Below are positions 1 to 13,349 of a stretch of 64,000 nt of DNA, in pieces (positions within the stretch are counted from its first letter, which is position 1; each line of letters begins with the position of its first letter). Location of the stretch: the NCBI RefSeq assembly GCF_009914755.1, contig NC_060925.1; one strand, given 5' to 3'. Position numbers and translations under genes: made by a program. The DNA is from the human T2T-CHM13v2.0 reference genome, Homo sapiens. A model generated the notes under the pieces. The model was given only the letters and a program-made list of their open reading frames with translations. It was not told where the DNA came from and searched no databases.

Positions 1-669
1 CTGACCTAATGTGATGGGTTGTAGTACAAACACAGGTGCGTAACATACAGTTTATCCAGCATCCCCAAAGAAAAAAACAAAATTACCTTCGGGTTACATA
101 TGTGATATAACTTGGATCTTTCTCCTCGCCGAAATTTCACAACGAATTGTTAGAGGTGGAGCCTGGGGGAAGGTGATTGTATCATGAGGGTGATGTCTGA
201 TGAATGGTTCAGCACCATCCTCTTGGTGTTCTCGTGATAGTGAGTCAGTTCTCGCAAGATCTGGCTGTTTAAAAGTGCATAGCACCTCCTCCCTTGCTTT
301 CTCTCTTCCTCCTGCTCTGGCCATGTGAAATGTCTGCTCCCCCTTCAACTGCAACCATAATTGTAAGTTTTCTGAGGCATCTCCAGAAGCCAAGCAGATG
401 CCACTATGCTTCCTGTACAGCCTGCAGAACCGTGAGCTAATTAAACCTCTTTTCTTTGTAAATTACCCAGTCTCGGGTATTTCTTTATAGCAACGTGAGG
501 ATGGACTAATACAGTATGTAAGGTATTATATGAAACATAAACGAATTTCCCATTGAGTCCCATTCTGAAAATATCTCATTACATATGCACAAATATTCCA
601 AAGTTCAAAAAAATTCAGCATTCAAAACACTCTGGTCCCATACATTTTGGATAAGGGATACACAACATT
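1..669 (+). mobile_element. Tigger4/MER46-type DNA transposon remnant, split by an MST LTR (pieces 1-102 and 514-669)
   Basis: aaaattaccttc...aaggtattatatgaaacataaacgaattt...ctggtcccatacattttggataagggatacacaac matches the recalled Tigger4 3' part and terminal repeat; the sequence resumes directly after the LTR. Confidence 0.75.
103..513 (+). mobile_element. MaLR solo LTR (MSTB-like)
   Basis: Starts tgatat and ends ggactaataca; typical MST core ctcgtgatagtgagtcagttctc...aagtttcctgagg-like...attaaacctctt; 5-bp TSD atatg/gtatg. Confidence 0.85.
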
Positions 670-2429
670 TATTGCAGTGTCTGTTGCCCCTTTCACACTC
701 CTCCAATAAGAGCATGAGCTCTTCAAGTTGAAATCATCCTTTGAGTAATCTTTTCCCCTCCTGCAAGCTCACAGTTGCCTTACAGCACACGTTTTGGTAC
801 AGGGTCCCATTGTAACTGTTAAATAGATGAAGGCATAGATTATTGAATGAATTGAAGACAGATGAAAATGTACAAGTACAGGTTTCCACCCAGTGTGACA
901 GATCTTAGTCTTAGTTTTGTTCTGCTTAAATATCAATGGTGTTTTGTTTGTACCTCAGGTGTCCCAATTTCTAAGCACAACAAATTACCCCTGCCTGGAT
1001 TGCCTTAGCTGGCCAAGTGGAGAAGAACATGCCAGCTGCCCTCCAAAATTTTATCCAAGAACAGAGCTGAAGCAAAACCAACTTCTCAGAACTGGAAGGA
1101 GTTTGTACTAGAGAGAACAGTTTACCGATAACTTCAGTTTTTAAATGATTCACATTGGCTACAATAGCCAAAAAATAGTGGACTCCACCAAGGCACTTGT
1201 GCTGAAAGCTTGGATTTCAAGCTGAGAGAATTAAAGTGTTCAAATTTCAATGTTGGTTGGCTTGACATTTTTCTACCTGAATGTTTTGGCTATTCAGCGA
1301 ACAGCTTGCATAGCCTGTATGGTTACCATGGAGCCCATGGTAGACTGAATACCGCTTAAATCTTCTAAATCCTCCTGTTAAAGGATTTTATCCCACTCTC
1401 TGCTTCTTCCAACAAAATAAAATTTGAATGGTGGCAGTCAGTAGGTGACTCAGAACAAGTTATTGATTTTCAGTTTCTCAACTTATAAAACAGAGATGTG
1501 ATTTCTTATTTTATAACATTTTGCTAAGTATCTTATCAGTAATTAGGTTTTGATATCTATAAAATACACTGAATTCCTTAGAATTAATGCTCTCTGGTGT
1601 TTCTAATTTGAAAAAAAACCTTAAAATATCTATAATGAAATACACAAATAATATCTGGTAATTCTGCTAAATGTGTAATTTTTAAAATATTTTTAATTTC
1701 AAAAATAAATAAATTAGAAAGTAACACCTTGATTTCTTTCTCTCAGGACTAGAAAGACAGTTCTGTGTTGTTATTGCAGTTCTTTCTTTTGCCTTAATCA
1801 TTGATTCATCTTTAATTTATCAGGCAGCATTTTCCCAAGGGATCTAAGACACTTTATTTTTAGTGTAAGAGATTTGTAATTTTTTTCTCTCTGTTTTAAA
1901 AAATATGCAATTATCCACACATAAACTAATAAGAAATGTCATACTGGTACACATCTCAGCTTTACTGGCTAGAGAATTCTGTCCCTATAAACAGTATAAA
2001 CAAATGGTTTGTGGGAGGGCATGTTTGCCCTCCATTATGTTAACTGTAGAATGTCAAGACATTTTCTCCAGAGCTTGTTGGGAATCTATCAGCCATGCAG
2101 GTACCTAAATGTTTTTAAATACATTTATTTCAACCTATACTGAATGTCGAAGTAATACATTTCCATAATTTTAATATCCATTATGTAAAATTCTAGTTCC
2201 ATTTCCTTGTTTTACATTTTTCTTCTTTTAAATCTCAAAGGATGCCCCCATTCTAGTTCCACAGGAGTCAGTGAACAAGTCCGTGTGAATTACCCTTTGC
2301 AGATCTTTCATATTATGAATTTTGATTAAAACCCTTTTTACCTTTGGACTGAAATGTTCTACTTATTTCTTTCATAGTCAGTGTCATTAATGACCTGATA
2401 AATATCAAGACATTAGCCCTTTTCAGTTT

Positions 2430-2720
2430 CCATTCTTTTTACTTCTCCACTCCATATGACATTGTTGACCATATTCAGCTCATATTCTTTCTACCTTGGC
2501 TCCTATGACATGCCACATTACCTCAGTGTTTGCTTTGCTATTCATTCTTCATCCTGTAAATATTCTCTTTTTCTCTTCTTGGCTCCAGTTCTTCCTTCAT
2601 GTGATCTAAGTTTAGGACTGTACCACCTTTCTTCTCAGCTACCTATTCTCTCCCAGACCTCCTTTAAAATTAACTTCAGCAGTCAATCTGAAATGTGTCT
2701 GAAGTCCTGAATCAAAAATT
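2430..2720 (+). mobile_element. Degenerate L2 fragment
   Basis: Pyrimidine-rich L2-like motifs (tgacattgttgacca, cttggctcctatgaca); boundaries approximate. Confidence 0.4.
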
Positions 2721-3194
2721 AAGAATTTGGGGTTAAAATAATGTAGGTACATTATTTTATAATTTTTCCTTATGTCTATACTAAAAAAAAAAATGAAACA
2801 CTTCACAGCCTTACCAGCCTCAGTAAGTCTTTCCAAAGTTTGTGCATATAAGTTTGTCTTTCCATATTTGGTCAAGCTCTCTGCAGAATTTGAAACTTTA
2901 TTACCCTCTTTTTCTGTTTCATTTACAAATGTGTGAAACAAAATAAATTCCAACCTCAGTCTTTGAGGGGGTTAATAATTTATATATCCCCAAGGTACAG
3001 TTTATTTCTAACAATCATAAATGCAATATTTAGCAACCTTCATTTGTTATTTAATTGATTTTCTTGATCATGTGAACACTAAAATGCAGACCTCTCTTAA
3101 GTTGATCCAATCTCTCTAGAGACGCCCCCTTTTCTTCAGTGTTCTGATTCTACTGAATCATTACACTATAGTTTACTTCACATAGGAACTTAAC

Positions 3195-3402
3195 ACACAC
3201 AAACACATACACTGGGACCTATAGGAGGGTAGAGGGTGGGAAGAAGGAGAGGATCAGGAAAAATAATTAATGAGTACCAGGCTTTATGCCTGGGTGATTA
3301 AATAATCTGTACAGTAAGCCCCCATGACACAAGTTTACCACTATAACAAACTGCAAATGTACCGCTGAACTTAAAATAAAAGTAAGAAAACAAACAAAAA
3401 AA
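3195..3402 (+). mobile_element. L1 3' UTR fragment (older L1PA, ~PA13-16)
   Basis: cactgggacctataggagggtagagggtggg...ctgggtgattaaataatctgtaca...gaacttaaaataaaagt followed by an A-rich tail. Confidence 0.85.
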
Positions 3403-3801
3403 AGACACAGAAAAAAAACCTCTTATTTAACTTATTTTGTATACACTTGAAGTCTGTTATAAGAAAACAAGGAAAGACATTAACAACATAGATAGTAATT
3501 ACAAAATTTCTTCTAAAAATGTTAATGACATTACTATATCATTAAATATTAACAATAAATACAATTTAATGTACTTATACTCAATTTTACTTATATTAAT
3601 ACAAAAATAACCAATCTACATTAACTGTTCAACTCACTCTTGTAAAGCAGGACGATGGGGCATGTAATGCATGGCATGTGGGAGGAAGTTTGAACATTCA
3701 TGAATTTCAAAGTTACCTTATACCTGTCTCCAAAACCACTTAAATAATTTTGTCTTTTTTTCAGGAAGGAAAAGCTGTTAACATTTGATGCAGTAATTGT
3801 T

Positions 3802-4120
3802 TGGGGTTTTTTTTTTCTTTGTTTCGTTTTTTGAGACTGAGTCTCAATCTGCCGCCCAGGCTGGAGTGCAGTGGTGCGATGTGGGCTCACTGCAAGCTCC
3901 GCCTCCCGGGTTCATGCGATTCTCCTGCTTCATTCAGCCTCCAGTGTAGCTGGGATTACAGGCATGCGCCACCACACCTGGCTAGTTTTTGTAATTTTAG
4001 TAGAGATGGGGCTTCACCATGTTGGCCAGGCTGGTCTCGAACTCTTGACCTCAAGTGATCCACCCACCTTGGCCTCCCAAAGTGCTAGGATTACAGGCAT
4101 AAGCCACTGCACACACCCCC
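3802..4120 (-). mobile_element. Alu (AluS-type)
   Basis: Full dimer; 14-bp TSD atgcagtaattgtt (3788-3801 / 4121-4134). Confidence 0.95.
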
Positions 4121-4278
4121 ATGCAGTAATTGTTATTGCCTGCAAAACTGGTTTTATATTTGTGTTATTTCCATCTCTTTTTCTCCCCTATTCCAAATCC
4201 TAATTACAACTTAATTTGCTAGGAGTTGTATTAGTCAAGTTTCACCAGAGAAACAGAAACAATCGGATGATAAGGTGT

Positions 4279-4282
<4 letters not shown>

Positions 4283-4311
<29 letters not shown>
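4283..4311. repeat. (TG)n microsatellite
   Basis: Read directly. Confidence 0.95.
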
Positions 4312-4697
4312 ATTTATAATAAAGAAATGGCTCATGAGATTATGGAGGCTGAGCAGTCCCACTATCTGTACCCTATGAGCCGGGTACTCAGGAAAGCCAG
4401 TGAGGTACTTCTGGGAACTGAAGGGCTAATGGCATACATCCCAGTCAAAGGCAGGAGAAGACTGATGTCTCAGCTCAGTCAGGCAGAAGGAACGAATTTC
4501 CCCTTTTTCTACGTTTTTCTATTCAGGCCCTCCATAGATCAATGATGCCCACTCACATTGAGGAGGGCAGTCTACTTTACTGAGTCCAATTCCAATTCTG
4601 ATGTTGTCCAAATACACCTTCACAAACATCTCCAGAAATAATGTTTAATCTGGGTATCCTGTGTTCCAGTCAAGTTGACACATAAAATTAGCCATCA

Positions 4698-4949
4698 TAT
4701 GGGAGCTAAATAATGAGAACACATGGACACAAAGAAGGGAACAACAGACACTAGGGCCTTTGAAGGTAGAGGGTGGGAGGAGGGAGAGGATTAGAAATAA
4801 ATACCTATCAAGTACTGTGCTTATTAGCTAGGTGATTAAATAATCTGTACACCAGACCCCCAGGACATGAGTTTACCTATATAACAAACTTGCGCATGTA
4901 CCCCTGAAACTAAAAGTTAAATAAAAAAACTAACCATTTAATAAATTAA
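4698..4949 (+). mobile_element. 5'-truncated L1 3' end (older L1PA) inserted into the MLT2B terminus
   Basis: gggagctaaataatgagaacacatggacac...cccctgaaactaaaagttaaa; TSD aaaattagccatca / aaaattaaccatca (4684-4697 / 4950-4963). Confidence 0.85.
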
Positions 4950-5029
4950 AAAATTAACCATCACAGAGATATACCAGGAAATACAATATTTTTATGTTTT
5001 TCATTATTGTTAAGCAATAACAATAGTAT

Positions 5030-6900
5030 TCCCAATTAAAATCCTAGTAGTTATGTGTATTTGTGCACACACACATGCATGCACATGTGTGTATTGATAA
5101 GCTGATTCTAAAATTTAATTTGAAATGCACATGGACAAAAGCAATAATAATTTTTAAAAAGAACAAAGTTAATGGTCTTACACTATCAGATATGAAGATT
5201 TATTATGAAGTTACAATAATTTAAACAGTAAAATTGGTACAAGAATAGAGAGATGGATTAGAATATAGAATTAAGAAAAAGACTCATCTCTACACAGCCA
5301 GTTTTTATTTACTAATAACAAAGGTACCACTGCAATGCACTGAAGAAAGAGTGATCATTTCAATACATGGTGCTAGGTTAATTTACATTCATATAGGTAT
5401 AAGTGAACGTTGACCTTCATATCATACAGAAAAATTAGTTTCATATGGGTCCTACACTTAAATGTGAAGAATAAAACAATAAAGCTTATAGAAGTAAATA
5501 TAGAAGAATATCTTTTTCTTATTTATTTATTTATTTATTTATTTATTTTGAGACAGAGTCTCGCTCTGTCACCCAGGCTGGAGTGCAGCTAGCTGCACAA
5601 TCTCAGCTCACTGTAACCTCCGCTTCCCAGGTTCAAATGATTCTCCTGCCTCAGCCTCCTGAGTAGCTGGGATTACAGGTGTGAGCCACCTGCCCAACTA
5701 ATTTTTGTATTTTTAGTAGAGACAGGGTTTCACCATGTTGGCCAGGCTGGTCTTGAACTCCTGACCTCAAGTGATCCATCCACCTCGACCTCCCAAAGTG
5801 CTAGGATTACAGGTATGAGCCACCGCGTCCAGCCTAGAAGAATATTTTTATGTCCTCAGAGAAGACAATGCTTTTTTAAACAAAACACAAAAAGCACTAA
5901 TCATAAAAAAGAAATGGGCAAATAGGACTTCATTGACATTGAGAACTTCTGCTTTTTGAGTCACCATTAAGAGATTAGAAATTCAAGACACGGTGAGAGA
6001 AAATATTTGTAATACATATATCTGATGAAAACTCATATCCAGAATATATAATGAATTCCTACAAATCAAATAATAAAAGATAGAAAACTCAATTTTAAAA
6101 CATGGGCAACATACTTGAACTAGCACTTTATAAAACAGGATATACAAAGAGCCAATAAATGTATGAAAATGTGCTCAATATCGTTAGTCATCAAGGAGAT
6201 GCAAGCTGAAACCACAACAGATATTATGTCATACCCACCAAAATAGCTAAAATGAGATTGGAAATACAAAGTATTGATGTGAATCTAGAGCAATCAGAAC
6301 TCTGACTGTGCTGACGGAAACGTAAATCAGTACAGCCACTTTGTAAAACATTTAGGCAATATCTACTAGAGCTAAACATATGCCAGTCATATGACACAGC
6401 AATACTATTCCTAGATATACTTGATAGAAATGAGCATATATGTCCACCAGAACATATGTCGAGAATGTTTATATTAGTTTTATTATAATGGCCAAAAATT
6501 AGAAAAAATACAACACCATACAACTATATGTCCATCAATAGTAGAATAGATAAATAAATTGTGATATGGTCACATAAGGAAACACTATGTAGCAATAAAA
6601 AAATACACAGTAGCTACTTGTAATAATATGAATTAATTTTTTAGACCTAATGTTGAACTAACAAAAGACTTTCTATGAAGTTCAAGATCAGGCAAAACTA
6701 CCCAACAGAGATTAGTGACTGCTTTTTGGCAGGAGGATATCTACTTGAAGAAGACACAAGAGAACCTTCTGAGGTACTGGAAATGGTCTGCATTTTGGTC
6801 TGGGTGATGATTACCTGAGTGTACCATATTTTTAAAATTCATCAAGCTATATGCTTAAGATTTGAATACTTTACTGCAAATGTGTTATATTCATAAATAG
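5030..6900 (+). mobile_element. Old L1M (L1MC/ME-type) ORF2 3' part and 3' UTR, interrupted by an Alu
   Basis: gctgattctaaaattt, ttcaatacatggtgctagg, atatccagaatatataatgaa, acagcaatactattcctag, tgtccatcaatagtagaatagataaataaattgtg. Confidence 0.8.
5512..5834 (-). mobile_element. Alu (AluSx/Sz-type)
   Basis: Full dimer with (ttta)n tail; TSD tagaagaatat(c/t)tttt. Confidence 0.95.
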
Positions 6901-7603
6901 GGGGAGAAAAAAAAGAGAATGGGCACGAAAGAGGCAAAGGGATTGAAGGGAAAGAATGACGTAAAGCAGGAGTAGAAACAATCATGAAAACTCATGAATT
7001 CAACCTGCTACAAAATAGTTGCATTTATGAGACTATAGATATTTTCTTCATAGAACCATCACAGACAGCCTTATTTAGATTGGCTTTAATAAGAAAAAAG
7101 ACAATTTAACATGAAAAACATTTTTTTTCTTCTTTGATTAAAAAAAGTGAAGTCACAAAGCATACCCTAACTTTCCATATGCTTTAATTTGCTGTAATCT
7201 GTGTTTATATTGAAAGGATTTTATAATTTTAAAAATTTTAATATTACCACATGTATCGAGCTGTTAACTCTTTTACCATAATTAGAATAGCTGAATTCAC
7301 AGCCACAAAGGTCAGAGGGTATATTTACACATATATAAAGCATGTCATTAAGTAAAAAATTTGCAAATTTTAAATGATTAGCTTTTTTATTTATTAAATT
7401 ATGCCGCTTTCTAGAATTGAACATCTATCTGTGTTTTTATTCAAATCTATTCATTATACCAATGTCAATATTAAATCAAATACAGATAAACTAATATATC
7501 TATTGAATATTAGTTATAACACTAAAAGTGGACTTTTAGCACACTATTAGTGTATTATGCTTTGGAGAATATGTAAATTATTTGAATGGCATTGTTTATT
7601 TAA

Positions 7604-7943
<340 letters not shown>

Positions 7944-8136
7944 TAATAATTTACAAGCAGTTACATTAAACATTTGTACATGGATATCTGAAAATAAACA
8001 GTAAAGTTTTATTCATAAGGAATGAATATAATATATATAGTTTTAAAACAAGTAGTTTGAATGTAAGGTAGCAAGAGTAGTCAATTACATCTAATCTCTA
8101 TCCTTAATTTTTTTTTCAATTTCTTAGGAAGAACAA

Positions 8137-8645
8137 TGTGGCCATTCAATACAATAGTGCAGACTCTGACTGTCTTTGTTCTGGATTATCTTTTTAAGCA
8201 TGTTTGTATGGCAAACAGCCTTAAAAGAGATAGTGTCTCCCTATGGAACAGAGAGCAGGTTTGTTTACTGTCCAGTATAACAAAGATAATGTCTCCCTCC
8301 AAAGCAAAGGTCTGGCAGGTTTGCTTTCATTCTAGTACAAAAGATCAGGGTCCCCAGAGTTCAGAGTTCTTCACCTGTGACACAACCCCACTGCATATAC
8401 AGCATCTACCTGGGTCTCTCACATCACACAGGAAACAAACAAATGCCTACATAAATCTCATGTTAATTTCTGTGCCATGAATAACAGTCCTTTGTCCCTG
8501 ATCCAGGAGTCTTGTGTTTCTGTTTTTTAGTGTTTTTTTTTTCTAGCAAAATCATTCCAGCAAAATTGTGTTTCTGTCTTTTGTCCGTATCCATGAACCT
8601 GGGGTAGTCTCCCTGGCTGGCTTACAAGCCTGGGTATTGACAACC
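8137..8645 (+). mobile_element. ERV solo LTR (ERV1-like, family uncertain)
   Basis: Internal repeat gagatagtgtctccct / aagataatgtctccct, each followed by gcaggtttg; aataacagtcctttgtccctgatccaggagtcttgtgt resembles an LTR R/U5 region. Confidence 0.5.
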
Positions 8646-9267
8646 TATAGCTTTTTAAAATAGGCATTATACAATCAAGGATAAGCTGTTTTTCCCAGGC
8701 TTTGCCTTCATCTAGTCATAGAATTAGACCAGAGCAGAGTTCACATTATCATTTCAAAGGATTTGATAAGGGGTACCAGGCTCTGCAGCCAAATGCAGTT
8801 ATCTCTAATACTGGTCAAACTGATCAGACCAACCAAAACATATCCTGACATCTTACCTTTTCTAATGCTGGCCCCACTAATAGCTGCCCATGCCACTCAT
8901 TTGCTTAAATACTTCTACTTCCTGATGTTTCTAGGATAAAATCATAAGTGTGGCACATGGAGCTATAATTAGTATGGGCAAAATCTTCCTAGCCTCATTT
9001 TCTTTTCCTTCCTCTGCCAGACCTCCTGCTTCATTAAACTTTTCTCTATTCCTTAGATGTCACCAATCTTCTCACTACTAGGAGGTTCTGCCTGTGCTTT
9101 CCTTTCCCTTAGAATGCCCTGTTCTAGGCAGTTGGCCAGAAATACATACTGAGAGACTTCTATGGGCCAGTAAGCCGCTCAATGTAGACAAGACAAAAAG
9201 TGCCTGTCTGCATGGAGGATACAATTTGGGAAATCCTCTCATTTAGTGAACTCTGCTTTGACCTTTA

Positions 9268-9659
<392 letters not shown>

Positions 9660-9689
9660 TCACCCATATCACTGCTTAACTCTGTGTAT

Positions 9690-9810
9690 CGAAGAACGGA
9701 CCACATATCTCATTTATTTTCTACTGGCATTACCTACCTCAGTGCCTGGCTCATACTCAGGACTTAATAAATGTTTGAGGTAGAATGGAAGAAGGAATGA
9801 ATGAATGAAA
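9690..9810 (+). mobile_element. L2 3' end
   Basis: cagtgcctggctcata...ttaataaatgtttg...gaatgaatgaatgaa. Confidence 0.7.
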
Positions 9811-9903
9811 AAAAAAAGAATATATATAGATACTGTACACTGTTTAGTCGGCTCCCAGGCTGAGGATCTGTGGCTCTGAGTAAGAAAAGATTAGGATAGG
9901 TTT

Positions 9904-10234
9904 TCCTTTGTTTGTTTTTGTTTTGTTTTGTTTTGTTTTGTTGAGACAAGGCCTGGCTCTGTCACCCTAGCTGGAGTGTGGTGGCACAATCATGACTAAC
10001 TGCAGCCTCAAACTTCTGGGCTCAGGCAATCAAACTCCCTGCCTTAGCCTCCTAAGTAGCTAGGACTACATGCACACGCCAGCATGCTGGGCCAACTTTT
10101 TAATATTATTATTATTTTTTTTGTAGAGGTGGCCTCGCTGGCCCAGGCTGGTCTCTAACTCCTGAGCTCAGGTGATCTTCCTGCCTCAGTCCCCTGAAGT
10201 GTTAGGATTACAGGCGTGAGCCACTCTGCAGGCC
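9904..10234 (-). mobile_element. Alu (AluJ-type)
   Basis: Diverged dimer with (ttttg)n tail; 12-bp TSD taggataggttt. Confidence 0.92.
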
Positions 10235-10941
10235 TAGGATAGGTTTGACTCATGTTTTATTTTGTTTATTTGTAGCCTGTGGCCTAAATGACTTAAGGCA
10301 TGGTTCAAAGCTCAGAGGCAAAGATCCGTCTCAGCACAAGTCTTTACTTTTTACCCAGAGAGTTACAGATAACCTGTGATTAGGAACTACAGCCTTATAG
10401 AAAGGAAAGGCCATGTGATTTAACAGAAGCTAATTAAAGGCTGTGCCAGTGGTACAGGTGCCCTGGGATTCCAGAATATAATGCACACCAAGACATGAAT
10501 GAAACTGTAAAGAGATGAAGAAAAGTGGAGGGTTTTTTGGTTTGTTTTTGTTTTCCTTGGAATTTCTCTCTGGAAAAATACTATAAAAGGTTGAGAAGAA
10601 TTTTTTAATGTGTTGTTGTGGGAGATGAATTGTTAGTAAAGTAGCTGATAAAAATTACCAACTTTCTCAGAAAATGGAACCTATGCACCATAGTGCTTTG
10701 GTTTTTATGAGAGATACATCAGTTTGAAGGCAAAAGAGGAAAAGCTGAGCACTACTATTAGAGATCTTTCTTCTTCCTCCCTCCTCCCCTGCCAACTGTC
10801 AGCCTCTCTGCTAAATAAATAGTCCAAGAACGTCTGTTTGGTGGTGTAGGTGGAGAGGAGCAAAGCAGGTGTTTTATTCTGGCCTTGTGCTTTGGCGTGA
10901 CATAGACCTTAATTTGAGTAAAGGGGTTTAACCTCTCCAGG

Positions 10942-11120
10942 CAAGACCAGCTACAAAATTTGTAGGACCCAGTGCAAGACAAAAACATGGGGCCCCTTGT
11001 TAAAAAAATTATTGAAAATTTCAATATGGCAACAGCAAAGCATTAAACCGAGAGTGGGGGCCCCTCTAAGTGTGGGGCTCTGTGCGACTGCAGAGTTCCA
11101 CAGTCATCATACTAGCCCTG
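10942..11120 (-). mobile_element. MER45A hAT-Tip100 MITE
   Basis: Reverse complement of recalled MER45A (ggggccccttgtt...gcattaaacc...gggcccctctaagtgtggggctctgtgcgactgca); degenerate 8-bp TSD tctccagg/cctctagg. Confidence 0.8.
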
Positions 11121-11124
11121 CCTC

Positions 11125-11250
11125 TAGGCTTCATATTCCCTATGTAAAAATTGTTGATAAAAATGACTCATTTGAAGAGCACTTGTGAGGGTTGCATGAG
11201 GCACATGGTAAAAAGTGCCCAGCTTATTGTAAGCATTCAGTAATTATTGA
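11125..11250 (+). mobile_element. MIR fragment
   Basis: ctatgtaaaa...ttgtgagg...gtaaaaagtgcccagc...gtaagcattcagtaatt. Confidence 0.55.
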
Positions 11251-12179
11251 CTCTCTTCTTCCCCTCCCTCGCCTCTCCTTGTCTGCCTTCCCCCACACTC
11301 TTCATTGTAATACAGATAATACATTAAATACACCTCTGCTATTGGTTAAATTAACTGTCAAAGAAACAAATATAAGGTACATGTGGATAATGTTAGAGAT
11401 AATTTTCTATAGTAACAAAGATCGTACAGGATGTTGAAATCCATGAATTATCTCAAATAATCTCCTAAGCCATAACATAAAACTTCTCCCCATCAATTAC
11501 TTTTTAATGAGAATTAATAGGAATCAATTTCTCTAGTGCCGTATTTTACAATTACACAATATAGTGCTGGAATTAGAATAAAGATCTCTTCTTAGTTCGA
11601 TTTCATATACATTAGAACACTCTCCTTCAGTTATCTTAAAATTCACTGCACACTCACAAAATGGTATCTCTTCTGTATGTGTATTTTTAACAGACTATAA
11701 ATCACAAGAATTGGTTTTATTTTGTTTATTTTTTATGGTCAGTCCAGACAATAGCAGATATACACTGCATACCAAGTGTTCTGAATATAAAACTGAAGTA
11801 TTTTATATGAAGTTCCCTCCTGAAAATATTGAGAAAATGCCAAAGTGTCTGTTATGTAAATTAAATATCAGCCTTGGGCAGCTTTGAGTTATGGGTCATT
11901 CACATTATACAGTAAAATGTTTTACTTTCTCTTAACTAGCACAAATTCCCTCTAGACCTAAAGTAAGAGTCTCTCACAATCACTTGTTAAGTACAGAAAA
12001 TGCAAATGACAATGCCTCTTAAATCCAGTCATGTCACAAAAGAATACATATTTTACAACATTGAAAATTATATTTTCACATTAGTTTTCCAATGTTTTTG
12101 TCTTAATCGTCAAAAGAGTCGATGATGCTTTTCTTTAAAAATTTTTATGCCTAGGAAATACATGTTATAAACTAAAATT

Positions 12180-12480
12180 AAATTTTAACAGAATAAGAAA
12201 ATATCCCATGTATATTATAAACATGCTCATCATTTCAGTTTATAACATAAACATATACCAAGAGATTAACTCTCTTATCTCCATAGAATGTAATCAAAAC
12301 ATTATGTATTTATAATATATTCATATTATTACATAACATATAATTTATATTTAAAATGAAAGTAATATAATTTACATTAAAAATATAAACTATATTAGAT
12401 ATCATACCACTATATGTTACATATACAATAAAATAACTTAAATATAAATATATAAATATTCCAGTAATGTATGTGTACCT
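12180..12480. repeat. AT-rich low-complexity tract
   Basis: Read directly. Confidence 0.7.
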
Positions 12481-12684
12481 AAGAAGAATAAAAGACTGTT
12501 GACTTTTTTCTACCTATTACTCACCAGAATTTAAATAGCCCCCAAAGTCTAGAAGTCTTTTGCTCTCCTCTGGTGTTGTTATATAACGAAGTCTTTTTTG
12601 GCAACTTTGCCCCAAGCAGGAGTTCAGTAGTGTAAGAGCTACCCAAAAACCTACAAATATAAATGCAATCTTATCAGTATATAA

Positions 12685-12790
12685 TTTAAAGTGAGGATAA
12701 TAATTCCTATTCTGCCTACCTCTGAATGTTGTGATGAGGATCGATGAAGATAAAATGTAAGAAAGCTTTCCTCAAGCTCTAAAGCTTTTT
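12685..12790 (+). mobile_element. MIR core
   Basis: gaggataataattcctattctgcctacctc...gttgtgatgaggatc..tgaagataaaatgtaagaaagc. Confidence 0.65.
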
Positions 12791-13349
12791 ATGAGTATGT
12801 GGGAATACAGTAAAAGGGTGATAATGACATTCCTAAATATTGTCAAACACCACTTATTAAATGCATACCTGCACTGTTTCAAGTATAAACTGCTACACTA
12901 AAACAGTGGCACCAACACTGTGGTTTCAAGTTAGAATGCTACGACTTACTTTAGAAACTGTGAACCCCTCATGGAATAAAATGGTACTTTTACCAAGTAC
13001 CCAAATAAATGTTTGTTACTAATGTAAATGGATGAAAAAATATGTTTTGTTTTTACTTATAATGTAGAGCTAGTAAGGTAGCTTTTATCATGGACTAGTT
13101 AATTTAACAATTTATTTTTTATCAAAAAAAACCTCTCTGCTATATCATAGTGATTTTTTCTCCATGTTTCTGAATGACCTATGATACTCTTTTACAAAAA
13201 TAATTTAAAATATATTTCTAATAATTTGTATTTGCTTTTAAACTTTTTAACTAAAAATATCCGTTTAAGAAAACGTAAATATTTCCTAGGCCAGCACCAA
13301 AATTTTGTATCGTATGTGTACCATGTTAAATACTTTAATGAAAGTACTT

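Larger units (their letters stand above)
4227..4965 (-). mobile_element. ERVL solo LTR, MLT2B-like, with internal (TG)n and an L1 insertion at its end
   Basis: tgtattagtc...agagaaacagaa; gagattatggaggctgag; terminus cagtcaagttgacacataaaatt..ccatcaca is the reverse complement of the MLT2 start. Confidence 0.85.

Noticed and set aside
917-1111. Possible coding exon after ttttgtttgtacctcag
   Set aside because: No recognisable protein and no convincing donor
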